A stretch of DNA of 64,000 nt, from contig NC_058373.1 in the NCBI RefSeq assembly GCF_018350175.1, positions 109,246,001 through 109,310,000 of the forward strand. The letters run 5' to 3'. Shown piece after piece: positions 41,376-55,072 of the stretch; the stretch's first letter is position 1, and every line of letters begins with the position of its first letter. Made by a program: the position numbers and the translations under genes. The notes below the pieces were generated by a model. It was not told where the DNA came from. It searched no databases and saw nothing but the letters and a program-made list of their open reading frames with translations. Origin of the DNA: Felis catus (Eukaryota).

Positions 41376-42887
41376 CTCAGCACCTCAGCAGAACATGAGA
41401 TGTCTTCTCTAGAGATGGAATGGGATCACTCCTAAGGTCAGTATCCCTTAAATCTGGTTACAATCTAGAATCATGTGGAGAAATTTTTTAAACTATGGTA
41501 TACTCTTTCTCAGGCCCATATTTTCAAAACCTTTCTTGGGTGATTATAATGCACAGTCCAAGGTAAAACTCTTGTCTTTTATTTCTTTAGCCATCCAGGA
41601 CCTAGTTATTTCAGACAGTGACTTGCATATGTAAAAGGATCCAGAAATGCTACAAGAAGACAAGGAGCAGGAGCACGCATGAACAACAAAGGAACACACA
41701 TGCTTGTGCTTTGATGTCTCTCAGATGCAGAGCACTACTTTCATCTGCACTCTGACGCCGGTGCTTTTATAAAGCAGTGAGTAACAATTCTTCACTTTCA
41801 TTGCTATTCCACTTGTACTTTCATAAGTGATGAGCCTGAGGTGGAGGGGGTGAAAACACATTTTCCGATGTATTTTTATCCCAATACAGACACATTCTTT
41901 CTCTCTGAATATCTGAGAGCATTGACGCTAATAGAATCAGGACCATGGACATGGCATTATTACGGAAGTTTATCTCTCCACCAGTATAAAAGTGAGAAGC
42001 TGAAGCCAGTCAGCAGGATATGGGTTCACGTGGACAATAGCTGAACTGCCTACACAGAGACCAGGATCTCTGAAACTGGGAATCGGCTCCAAATGTAGGT
42101 GTCCAGATGGAATTGAGATAAAATTTATATTTTTATCTTGGAAATTTATACTTTATCTTGGAAAAAGTGAAAGCCTGAAATTTACCAGCAAATCCATATA
42201 CTCAGGTTGAACACATTATAAGACTCAGAGTAAAATTTTTGAAATGATATCCTTTTGCTAAATTGATGCTTCTTGTGGGTCAGCCTTTGGATTCAGAGCA
42301 CATGCAAACAAAATATCTTTTGAAAATCTTGTTATCTCTTCATGTTCTCTGAAATCAAACCTACAACCTGACAGAAAACAATTTTGTGTCTGAGTCAGGT
42401 TTGTGAATTAGGGATGGTCAACAAAGAAACTAACAATAAGCAAAAGGCAAAGCAAAAAAATAAAAACAAAATAAAATCAGATGGGAAGAAACAGGAATGA
42501 AATTTCCAAAAAAATAAAAGTAAAAGAAAATCATGAGCCGTTGAGGGGAAACTTCCCCAGTTGATGCAGAAGAAAAAACCAACGAATGATTCAGGGTGCT
42601 AAGGTAAAAAATTTCCTCTCTATGATCCCTTTCCTCTTGTTCTTTCCCAGTGGTATAACAGAGAAAAGAAAAATTCTGAATAAGATATCATTAAGACCAG
42701 AAAGGAATCATAGCTATGAAAGTCAGCAGTCACAGAAACAAGCTCTTCCACTCCAGTTTGTTTTGTAAAAGGAAATGGACAATTAAGGCAGAAAAGAAAG
42801 TTGTAAAATCAAGTAGTACTTCATAACAAGAATTATTGACAAAGGAAGTTGTATCTAACAGTCTGCTTTAAGTCTTGTGCTAGTTGA

Positions 42888-43112
42888 GGGGCGCCTGGGT
42901 GGCTCAGCTGGTTAAGCTTCCAACTTCAGCTCAGGTCATGATCTTGCGGTTCGTGAGTTCAAGCCCTGCGTTGGGCTCTGTGCTGACAGCTTAGAGCCTG
43001 GAGCCTGCTTCGGATTCTGTGTCTCCCTCTATCTCTCTCTGCCCCTCCCTTGCTCATGCTCTGTCTCTGTCTCTCTCTCTCTCTCAAAAATAAACACTTA
43101 AATTTTTTTTAA
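42888..43112 (+). mobile_element. Can-SINE
   Basis: TSD-like taagtcttgtgctagttg / taaatcctgtactaattg. Confidence 0.92.
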
Positions 43113-44053
43113 AAGAACATTAAATCCTGTACTAATTGCATATTGTCTTTTAAAATATTGCGGTTATCATTATTATTAATATTTAGTTGTAATCATGATC
43201 TTACCTTGGCTTTTAAAAATGTGTTTGCACATCAAAGTTTTAGTTTCTCCCCAAGATAACAGTGCCATTTAAAGCAGAAAGCCTTCCAAGTCCCCCAGTT
43301 AGCTATGGTCCAAGAAAAACTCCAGAACCCTCCAAATTCAAGGAACATACTTTACTTTCTAACCCTCTCCAAACCAAATTTAATATCTGCAACCAGTTCA
43401 GAAAGATACTCTAGAGTGCTTCAACTCACTTTTCTCCAGCAGAGCAAACTGATGAACATATACATTTAATTTTATCTCTCTCTGCTTTGGTAGGCCACCT
43501 CAGAACATTTTCTGAGTGCCCACTAACTGCTCTGCAGAGCTTTGGTAGCTTCATTAACTTTTGGCAACACTGGGAAGACAAGTGATGATTATAGAAGACA
43601 CGTGAACACCAAAGCTTCTACCTGGAGTTCTGTCCTCAATTCCTTTTCTCTCTGGGTCACTATACTTTCTCTCGGCAACATCATCTCATCCTATGGCACC
43701 AAGGTCTGCAACTCAGACCCAGAAATCCCTCCAGAGCCAGACCCATAAATTCCTCTGCCTTTGAGGCATCCCCTCTTGGATTTTTCTGTCAGGCACTTCA
43801 AACTTAATATGCCCCAAACTGAACTCATAACCATTGCCCCTAAACCTTCTCTTCCTGTTCTTATATTTGCTATTTTATTAGCCAACAGTACTAGTCAACA
43901 AACGTGCTGACTCTAATCTTGGCGTGTCTGCATTCTGCCCACTTCTGCTTCTGGTTTCCTTGCTTAAAGCCATGGTCAACCTAACAGATTTACCATTAAG
44001 TCTCTTAACTGGTTTCCCTATCCTCCCATTCAACACAGAGCCACTAGGTCAAG

Positions 44054-44180
44054 CAGGGGGTCTTAGTCATTTTTGTACAATGGATCCCTTTTGACAATCT
44101 GGTGAAATCTATGGATCCCTTCTCAGAATCATGTTTTTAAATTAATACAAGAAAAGCATAGCATCGCAGAGAAAACCGTA
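44054..44180 (+). mobile_element. hAT-Charlie (MER119-like) fragment
   Basis: cagggggtctt...atggatcccttttgacaatctggtgaaatctatggatcccttctcagaat. Confidence 0.5.
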
Positions 44181-44853
44181 GGGACTAATCTCCCTTTGAG
44201 AGGTTTCTCTGAAGTACAAATGTGATCATATCTTTTCCCTAACACATGGGACACAAACCACCACTGTTTTACTACACATCACTTTAACCTTTCCTTCCCC
44301 TGACCTCACCCACACTGAATTCATACTCAAAGTCATCATACTGTCTCACCTCTGTGCCTTTGCACCTGCTGGTCTCCCTGGTAGGAATGACCTGCATCCC
44401 TTCTTTACCAATCTCTCATATTTTTCCTTCAAGATTCACTCACCCCAGGTAAGCTTCCCTAGAGCCCCAAGCCTAGGTAAATGCTTTTGCATGTGTGTCA
44501 TCCTACCTGTCACATTCTATTGTCAGGTTTTTTTGCAAGGATCTTTAGTTCCTTGATGGTAGAGCCCATTGCATATTCACCTTTCCATCCTTGATAGAGT
44601 ACCAAGCACAGAGAAAACCCTCAGGTTATGGATGAAATGAGTGAACTTCCTATCTCACTTACTCGAAGAAAATCTCACCATCTACAGACCTCTACAGATA
44701 TGACTTGGGATATCATGAACTTGTTTACCATTTCAAAAATACAAGAGAATAAAAAGATATATTTGAAATTTCTATAAATCTACACAGGAAAAATAATTAG
44801 AGGATGAGTACTTATAATATAATAACCACAGGTATCTATATTGAATCATTTCA

Positions 44854-45027
<174 letters not shown>

Positions 45028-45269
45028 TTAAAATAAGGAGAGAAAGTCTCAGTTTTTCACATATAATGAATATGGAACCCAACATTCTTGCTAATATTCA
45101 GGGGATCTCAGAAATAGCATAACATCCAGAACTAGTAAAAAGTATCAATCTAAAGCACTTTATTTCTACATAAACATCACCACATATTTCAAGTGTAGCT
45201 ATAAAGTAATGGCTAATTTTTACGTGTGATCTTTGTGTTTTGCTCATATCTATTACATAGTCCCAGTAC

Positions 45270-45680
45270 CCAAGGTACAGCTGTCCACAAAATTCCGTGT
45301 TCCCCCTTGCATTATATAGATTCGTTACTGGAAAACAACTGTCCAGCCAGGAATGTATTTCCCAGCACTCCTTGCATCCAGCTGTCCCCATGTTCCCAGT
45401 TCTCATCAATGGAATGAAAGCAGAAATGATGTGTGTCACTCTCACACATGCCACAACTTATGAAGCAGGTGAGACTTCTCTACACATTCTCCCTCCTTCT
45501 ACCAGCTGGATACAAGTGACAACAAGCCCCTAGGGAATAGTAAAGCACTGAATCCGTGCATGGAAGGCTGCCATATGCCAAGGATCACCTGCCTCGGACT
45601 GTAACGTGAGCAAGAAATATGCTTCTGCTGTGTTAAGCTGCTCAAGATGGGGGGGAGGGGTATTTATTATAGCCTAATAA
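45270..45680 (+). mobile_element. MaLR MLT1J-like LTR
   Basis: tatttcccagcactccttgca, aatggaatgaaagcagaaatgatgtgtgtcact and gtgagcaagaaata...tgtgttaagc. Confidence 0.7.
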
Positions 45681-46639
45681 AAAACAATTTTACTGTGCAT
45701 TTGTGTGTAGATATATACACATAAGAAAATGAAACCCAATTTCAACAAATCTCACATATTATGGTTCATATCACACTTCCATCTTTCTTGTAACAGCAAA
45801 ATGTTATTTCTCCCTTGTTAATTGCAGTGGTATCTAAATATCATTCTTTAAATATCTAGAATCTCTAACATTGTTTTCTGAAAGAGTAGTAATTTTAGCT
45901 TTGGTGGGGGAGGGGATGTGAATTTAATGAGAAAGAAGTTTCTTCCCAACGCCTCAAATTCCCCTTATTAAATAATTAATTTCAAGGAAACATCAATGAG
46001 ACATGAGTAAGTAGAGCAAAACTAACCATACTCTGAGCCTGTCTCAATTATCCTTTTCTGGATATTCCAAAAGCTCTAATTTATTAAAGATTCCAATAAG
46101 ACCATTTGATAACTTCTATGATATTGCACTTCACTAGGTTATTTGCCAAATAACTCCTTAAAAAAGGAAAACTTCTGATGGTCTCAAGGAATGACGGTAA
46201 TGGCAATGATGAAATTTCAGACAATGTGACAAAAGATGAAGGAAAAAACCCTCAGCAGACACCCACCAAATGCCTTTCAAATTATACTAGGTAGATGACA
46301 TCATGTTTTACTACCATTCTTCAGGCTAATTCTGACTTCATTTAAGCTTTGTATTTCCCCAACTGTTCAGCTCCCTTTATGGTATCCAATAAGTGGATTA
46401 GAAAAAAAAGTAATCTGGCATCAGTTGATAGAATGTCCTTAATTCTTCACCAATGGACTTTATACTAGTGACTAGAACAACAACTACAACAACAACAACA
46501 AAAATGTTAGGCTTTGGGGATTGTATGCAACCCTAAGGCTAACCCTGTGCAATGTGCTAAAAGGAGAAGAAGAAGAAGAACAACAACAACAACAACAACA
46601 ACCATCACCAGATATGCCACCAGCTCTCTAAGAACTTAA

Positions 46640-47690
46640 CATCAATGTAAAAGACCAACATGCAATCTGTATCACCAGTCTAGACTCTTCTTCTCAGCAT
46701 TAGACCTATCTTGTAACTAATCAGCCATTAGCCACCTTTTACTAAGATGTTCTATAGGCATCTGACACTCAGCACGTCCAAAACTGATCTCATCATCGTC
46801 TCCCTCCATCTCCAACTCTTCACCTTTCATGTATTCCTGGACTTGGTGAATGGTCCCATGATATTTCCAGTTGTCCAATCAGAAACTTGAAATTTACCAT
46901 CCTCCTTCACTATTACCTCCACACCCACATATCCAATCACTTTCAAGACTTATAGACTATAACTTATTAATAAATTCACTCAAGTTGAATCTCATCTCTC
47001 CATCCCTATATGTCAGACAATCTTCCACCTGAGTTAGGTTGGCAGTATCTTGAAGACGATACTCTCTATCTGCTCTCTGACCATATACTCCCAAGCAACT
47101 CTACATTGCTGCCAAAGTGCTTCCCCTTTCCCTATTTCAAACTCTTTAAGATCCCCAGGGGCCTTCAGGATAACATTGCATTTTCTTGGTATATAGGTCA
47201 TTTAGTTTCCGGCCCCAAAGATCTGCTCTGCATTCATCTCCTTCTACTTCTTTATACATGCTCTGTATAACAACTCTACCAAAATTAACAGCAAATTAAA
47301 AGAAGAATAAATTCAAAACTAAAATTAAATCTCCTAGGAATTCTCTGTACACCCCATGATATTCATTGTGTCCAGGTTTTCAAGCATTATAATCATTCTG
47401 CCTGCCTGAAATGCTTCCCCCCATCCCCTTATGTCTGGCTAACACTGACTGGAACCTCTAGACTCAGTTAAAGCATTATCTCCTTCTGGAACCTTCTTAG
47501 ATCCACTCATAAGAGAGGTATCCTCCTCTGTGCTTGCACATCATAGGATAAATACCTCACATGGCACTTGCAACACTAATGGCAGTTGTTGATTAACATG
47601 TTAGTCACTCCCACTGAACTATTGTTCATCTCTCCATATTCAAGCACTTGATAAGGGCCTGGCATAAAACAGGCCATTAATTAATTAATT
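46640..47690 (+). mobile_element. L2 fragments
   Basis: actcagcacgtccaaaactgatctcatc, ccacatatccaatca, tgaaatgcttccc and agggcctggcata. Confidence 0.6.
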
Positions 47691-50600
47691 GACTTATTTG
47701 TAATTTAAAAATCAAATTTAAAATAAGTCCCATTTTGTTTTATTATCTGGGGTTGGGTTTGGTTTTGCTTTGTTCGGTAAAAGTGGCAAGGGTGTCTTCA
47801 GATGACATTTTGGCAATAGATACATTACAATATTTCAGGTGATCGTTTTCTTTCTTACTTCAACTTGATATTATAATTGCATTGAATATTTCTAGAAACT
47901 TCCAAGGCAATGTTATACTAATTGAAGCTTCATATTTCTAAGACAAGTAATGTTACACACTTAGTACATCTAAGGATTGGATTAACAAAGAAGCCAATTT
48001 TTATTCCCAGAATGTAATAAGGTTTATCCAGAAAATATTTTGAAAAAAATTAAAAGAGATATTTAAAGAATAAATTCATTGACACATGGAAGAATACAAA
48101 TCATCAAATGGCATGTGTTCTCTCATTTCCTACAGCCATGGCTAGGGTTAGGGCTTTCTTATAATTCTCAGTTCTAAACAATTAGCATTCTTCTCAAAAC
48201 CCTTATACTACCCCTCTCTCCTCACTCTCAACCAATTACCTCGTCAAATGTTAATTGAATAAGCAGAGGCCATAAGAAACATGATAGCCTTCAATTTCCT
48301 TTCTGTCCCCTCCATCTCTAGACCCACCCACATGGCACTGAATCTTGCCTGCCTCTTTATCATCTCAGAGTAGTAGGTATTTGCTCTTTTCTGATCATGC
48401 ATATGTTCTATTTATGGGCATTTAAGTGGTTTCTAGATTTTTCTCTATCACTAACACGACAGCGAATTTCCTATGCCTATCCTTTTGTGCCCTTGGACAC
48501 ATCTGGAATTGCCTATGTTATTAACTAAATTAGTTCATTTGCTCTGTCACCAACCCCCACTATACAGTCAAACTTTGAAAAAATTGAGCAGCCATACTGT
48601 CTAGGTCAGAAAAAAGGCACATCAGCAGTTCTAACTTTTTCCAGTGATACATTTACTGGTCTCACCTTTACAGAGACCTAACTGGTATAACTGATTATTC
48701 AGCACAGTTCGCTGATGTTACTTAGATGTGGTCGATATGGGGTAATGTGAACAGACAGCTGAATATGAAGATCCTAAAACTTGTTCTATGAGTTGTTCAT
48801 GGAATTATGAGAACATTTGTTCTCCTAAAAGCTCAGGATGCCAACTCCTTCTTAATAAAACATTAGTTTAGCTCTATTGGGTTGCAATTAACCTCTTTGT
48901 CATGGACTGCCTAATCTTAAAAATAAGAGGAAGTCACAGAGGCAGTTAAATCAATCTTACTAGACTGCAACACAAGATTCTAATCTATAAGAAAAAAGCT
49001 TAGGTAAACAATTATACACTTGGCCAAAGAGACTACATGGTATAATTACTCATATTTCATCTGTTGTTTCCTCTCTAAAGAAAATCATTGGCTTCCCACA
49101 AGGGGAAGGTTGCTATTTTTGCTGTTAGTTTCATTCTATAGGAATTTTTTTGTCTCAATTATTGGCATGAAGATGCCATAACTATTTGGCACAGGATATT
49201 TCACACTGTGAGTGTCTTGGCAGTTTTGGAATCTGTTTGAAAATACCGCACAGCTAAATGGGCAGAGATTTTGGTCATCTCTTTTAGAGCACATATGGAT
49301 AATCAACAGAATGGATTTCTTGGCTGTAATTTTTCCCCTTTGCATTATTACAAATGATGAATCAGGTACCATTGACTGATTAGCTGAGCAACAGTTCCAA
49401 GACCTCAGTACCAGGAACAAAAGATAACAAAAATGCTTTGCCCCCTTGATTATTATCAGTAAATTTCATTGGTTTAATACAGTACAATACTGTCAGAATC
49501 AGAGTGTTCTCAATTGTTGCAGGAAAAAAGGAGAGCAGGGGATTAAGGTGACAAAAAATGCAATAGTAAGTTTCCACTAGAAAGGATGAGACAGCATGAT
49601 GCAATAGAGAGAATATGGGATTGAAAATCAGTCACACTTTGCATGTCAGGATCTTCAACAGTAAAGCAGAGATAGCAATACTAATTTTCAGAATTATAGG
49701 TAAGAGCAATAAAGAATATAAAGTTCCTGACATATAGTAACTACTCCATCAAAACAGGTTTCCTTCCCTTCAATGATTTTTACTACCATCCATCATGATG
49801 TACATCAAAGGTATCACTGACATCAGTAAGTGCCATTCATTTTAAAGGCAAAAATCAACCTAGATTGAAGTTTTGGTATCGTGAGATTCATTATGAGGAA
49901 GAGGTGCACGTAAATTGCTATCACATTATAGTTACTATCCCAGATACAATTTAGAAACAATTGTATTTATTCAGAATTAGTTTACTCAAGTCTTTCAACT
50001 ATGTGTCTGGGTTTCTTGGTAAAAATACCAAATCATGTAGAAGGAGATTAATGTTAATTCCAACCTTGGCAAATCTTCAAAGGACTTTCGACATTTCACA
50101 TTAAGAAGGTAAAATGCCCTTGCTCTGGGATTAAAAGTTACATTCTGGCCTGTTAATGTATGGACTCACTTGTCTATTCTGCATCTTAAAACACTATTTC
50201 CTATGTCCTAGGTAGAACTCTACTACCTAAGTACTTCCTCAGAATTTTGCAAACACCCTCCATGTCCTCCCTTGCAACAGCCACAACTCCCTGATCCTTC
50301 TCTCTGATTCTTTTCATCTTACTCACCTTATCAAATCCCAACTCTGGTTAAATCCAACTCTTCATTACTTCTGCATCTATACACCTTCAACTAAACATAG
50401 GTGGAGTAAAATATATAATCATGCTCATAGATGCTTGTGAATTCATGATCACTAGCCCCAAGCAGACCTTCATGTTCAGCAAACCTGCTGAATTCCCCTT
50501 GCCCACTCACTTTTCCACCCTCTTAGATCACCATTTCATGCCTACTCCTCTCTCCCCAAACCTTCAATACTTCATCTCCTTCACCATGCTTACTCTCAGG

Positions 50601-51760
50601 TGAGAACCATGTTTTTTATATTACTGAGAAAATAAGGGCAATCAGAAGAAAATTTCCAATCTATATTTACTTGTTTGTCTTCCCCTCCCCCATTATCATA
50701 TGAGGGAAGGAACTATGCACCTTCAGGACACAGGTGCAGAATGGCCTGCACCATTCTGTGTGCTTAATCAACATTTTTGGTTAAGGGGGAAAATTGGTAA
50801 AATAGATAAACAAGGGGAACAAAATTTCCTAGAAGAGTCCTGAAAAGTCTCGTGTTAAGTATTTCTGGTGCCCAAGCCCGAATTAAAGTAAATCTACCAT
50901 CTCCCAGTTTAATGCTCTACACCCAAATCATTTTGATATTACGGTGTTATCACGAAATATTATCTGCACTTTCTTAAAAGTTCCACACTCCCTTTTACCC
51001 TTTTACTCAACTTAAGAATTTGAGAGACATATTTTTCCGCCAAGATTTCCAAACATACTTTCCTATGCTTCTACCTTCATAGAGATAGCAGGATGATTAC
51101 TTAATGGCATAAATATTTTATTTCTATTGAATTTTTCATATTAATTTTACAGCTCATATGAATAATGGAAAGTAGCTCATATACAGTCTTCATGGTTACA
51201 TTGTGCATTACTTGTTCAATAATCTGTTATGTATTTGACAGGTGAGGAAGAGTCTCAAAATAAAAGTCTGTTTAAAATAAGCTCTTCCTCTACAAATTCA
51301 GGCCCTGGAAAGAGATAGTCTTCCCTAATGCTTTTCACAGTGGGGTCTGATTTCCCCTCTAAATTCTAATTTACATATCTATCCAGCACATAGTTCAAAA
51401 TCAAAAGGTCTAAGTCGTTTGGCATTTATTCAAATACCATTTTTTTTATAAGAATGCGTGATGCAGTTAAGAGATTCTGCCACAGGAGGAACTCTGTGAT
51501 TCTGATGTAAGGATACAGAGATGGAGGTGTAGGCAGATAAATGGAAGGGCATTAATTTGAGAAAAGTCAACTCTCAATATTAGCACCTTTTCCCCAATCT
51601 CACTTTGAATGCTGTCAACTTTCAGTTTCTATAAATAGGCTAAATATACTGACACCATCAACGTTCAGCAGGCCAAAACTGCAAATGTACCATATTCTCC
51701 CTAACTTCAGCTGTGTCATGAAATCGCTTTTAAAAAGTGAGAGAAAATAATATGCATTGA

Positions 51761-51853
51761 ATATAAACATAAACATAAACATAAACATAAACATAAACAT
51801 AAATATAAATATAAATATAAATATAAATATAAATATAAATATAAATATAAATA
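51761..51853. repeat. Compound (ATAAAC)n(ATAAAT)n hexamer microsatellite
   Basis: Directly visible. Confidence 0.95.
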
Positions 51854-52009
51854 TCATTTAAGGGAAAAGACTGTGACATGAAGGCTTCTTACTCTGTATT
51901 ATTGTCATTCAGTGCAAAGGCAAGAGAAATTCATCTGAAGAATATGTTAGGTCACAAATCGTATACCAATTATTTATCTCTTATTTTAAAACATATTACT
52001 TTAAAATAT

Positions 52010-53300
52010 AGTCAGCTGTTAGCTATAGGTTTTTCATAAATGTTCCTTATTAAGTTGAGGAGTTCCTCTCTATTCCTACTTTACTAAGAGTTTTTACCAT
52101 GAATGGGTGCTGGGTTTTGTCATGTTTGTTCTATGTTGAATGATATGATGGTATAATCTTTCTTTTTCAGCCTGTTGAAGCGAAGATTACAGGGATTGAT
52201 TTTTTTTCATGTCGAACCAGCTTTGCATATGTGGAATAGATCCCACTTGGTTGTCATGTGGGTTCAACTTTTATTGAGGGTTTTTATATCTATATTCATG
52301 AGAAATATTGGTCTGTAATGTTCTGTTCTCGCAGTGTCTTTTTCTGGCTCTGGTATGAGGGTAGTGCTGGCCTCACAGAATGAGTTAGGGGAGCTCTCTC
52401 TGCTTCCATTTTCTAGAAAAGACTGTAGATTTGCCAAAAACAAAAAATAAAAAACAAAAACATCCTTTGTTTTGTCAGTTTATTAACTATTGATTAAATT
52501 TATTTAATAGATATAGAATGATTTAGGTTAGCTGTTTCTCCCGGTGTGAGTTCTGGCAGTTTGTTTTTCAAAGACGTGGTCCATTTCCCCTAAAGTATCA
52601 ATTCAGTGGCTACAGAGTTGATCAAAGTATTCTTTTGTAATGCTTTAATGTCCTTCGGATGAGTTGTGATGGCCCTTCTTTAATTTCTGATACTGGTCAC
52701 CTGCATCTTCTCCCTTTGTTCTCACTTAGCCTGGCTAGAGGTTTATTAACTTTGATGATCTTTTCAAAGAACCAGCTTTGAGTTGTGGTGATTTCCTCTG
52801 TTTTCCTATTTTCTACTTCATTGATTTCTGCTCCAAGGTTCCTTATTTCTTGTCTTCAGTTTGCTTTGGTTTAAATTGCTCTTTTTTGTCTCCCCAAGGT
52901 AGAAGCTTAGGTTATTAATTTTACGTTTTTCTTCTTTTCTAATATATGCATTTAATGTCACATACATTTCCTTCTAACCACTACTTTTGCTGCATCCCAT
53001 AAATTTGATAAGTTGTATTTTCATTTTCATTTAGTCAAAATATTTTTCTAGCTTACTTTAAGCCTTCTTCTTTGACCCGTGGGCTATTTACAAATGTATT
53101 AATTTCCAAATATTTGGAGATTTCTTAGCTCTGTTATGGATTTCTGGCTTAATTCCATTGTGGTCTAAGAAACTTCCTTTTTTAAGCTTTCTATTCTTTT
53201 AAATTTGTCAGGGTGTGTTTTATGGCCAGAATGTGATCTATCCAGTGAATGTCCCATGTAAGCTTGAGAACACATATTCTATTGCTATTGGATGGAGCAC
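52010..53300 (-). mobile_element. Old L1 ORF2 fragment (sense to KCNH5)
   Basis: tgctggcctcacagaatgagttaggg, atcttttcaaagaaccagcttt and aattccattgtggtc are reverse-strand L1 ORF2 motifs. Confidence 0.88.
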
Positions 53301-54519
53301 CTTCGAATTTTAAAATAAATAAGCATTAAACCTAAATACTATTAGAAGACTATTCTATTTTTAAAAATAATGTTTAAATTTATCCTAAACCTCTTAGACA
53401 CTGAGTCTCTGAGTAAAAGTAAAGGAATAGGTAGTATGAGTCCAAAAGTGAATATTCAATAGTCCAGGAGATGATTTAATATACACATTTTCAGAAACAT
53501 TTGCCAATTAATTGTCCTATGTTATACTTTAAATGGTTTGCACATTGTAAAATTTTCCTCTTGCAATTTGATACTAACCAGAAACCGACCAGGTATAACA
53601 TAATATATGTGAATCCATATGCAAGGAATAAAACTACAAAATTTTTCTATAATTAGGGTTACGGATGGAAAGATTAAATTTCTGTACCAGTTTTTTTTTT
53701 TAAGAGGTAAGAAAAGGAAGACAATGTTTGCCAAATACAAAGAGGAAGATCTCATTCTTAGTCTCTGGAGGGATTATTAAAAATAACATTTCATAAAATC
53801 TTCTAAGAATATTTGAAATTCTTCATTTATATGACACCAGTTTTTAATTTAAACATAATTGGAGGGAATAAAATGAGAATATATTACCTAGAAAAGGGGA
53901 TACATGCACACCACTGACTACTGCTTTCTATAGCCATCTCCCTGAATATTATAGTCAGTATGACTATAGTCAGGATGTTTGTATTTTGCCAGCCACTCAC
54001 TTGATAACAAAATTATTCTTCACATAAGCTAACAGCATCTACCCAAGACTATCTGCAACAGCTGAATGGGTAAAGGGTGAAAAGTAACCTGAAAAAAATC
54101 AGCTAATCAATCACTTATTAGTTCAACCAAATTCAATCAACCGATCAACTGTGCTGTAAAAGGACTTCACCTAAACCATCTCACAGGTTGTTAAATTTTG
54201 TGTTTCTGAAGCTCATCCTGGTAGAAGTTGTTGAAACTCCCATTATATTGATTCTAAATTAATAATGGCCTGTGAAGTTTCTTCCTTATAGCTTATCTAA
54301 ATTCCTCTTATTATAATTCAAGTTAACCAATTCTCATGTCAACTTTGGATAGCCGTGCTATTTCCATTCAAATGATATGACTGGATAAAACTGATTTTGG
54401 ATAATTGCTGGCATGAATGTAAAGAAAAGAAGTACTAATAGTAAAATTGTGTTTTCCAGTTCAACCAATGTATTTTTCTAAACAATAATAATAATAACAA
54501 TATAAATAATTGACAGCCT

Positions 54520-54728
54520 GGGGGGCACCTGGGTGGCGCAGTCGGTTAAGCGTCCGACTTCAGCCAGGTCACGATCTCGCGGTCCAGGAGTTCGAGCCCC
54601 GCGTCAGGCTCTGGGCTGATGGCTCAGAGCCTGGAGCCTGTTTCCGATTCTGTGTCTCCCTCTCTCTCTGCCCCTCCCCCGTTCATGCTCTGTCTCTCTC
54701 TGTCCCAAAAAAATAAACGTTGAAAAAA

Positions 54729-54775
<47 letters not shown>

Positions 54776-54776
54776 A
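54520..54776 (+). mobile_element. Young felid SINE (SINEC_Fc type) with (AAAT)n tail
   Basis: TSD aaataattgacagcct / aaataaatgacagcct. Confidence 0.96.
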
Positions 54777-54793
54777 TGACAGCCTAATTCTTA

Positions 54794-55072
<279 letters not shown>
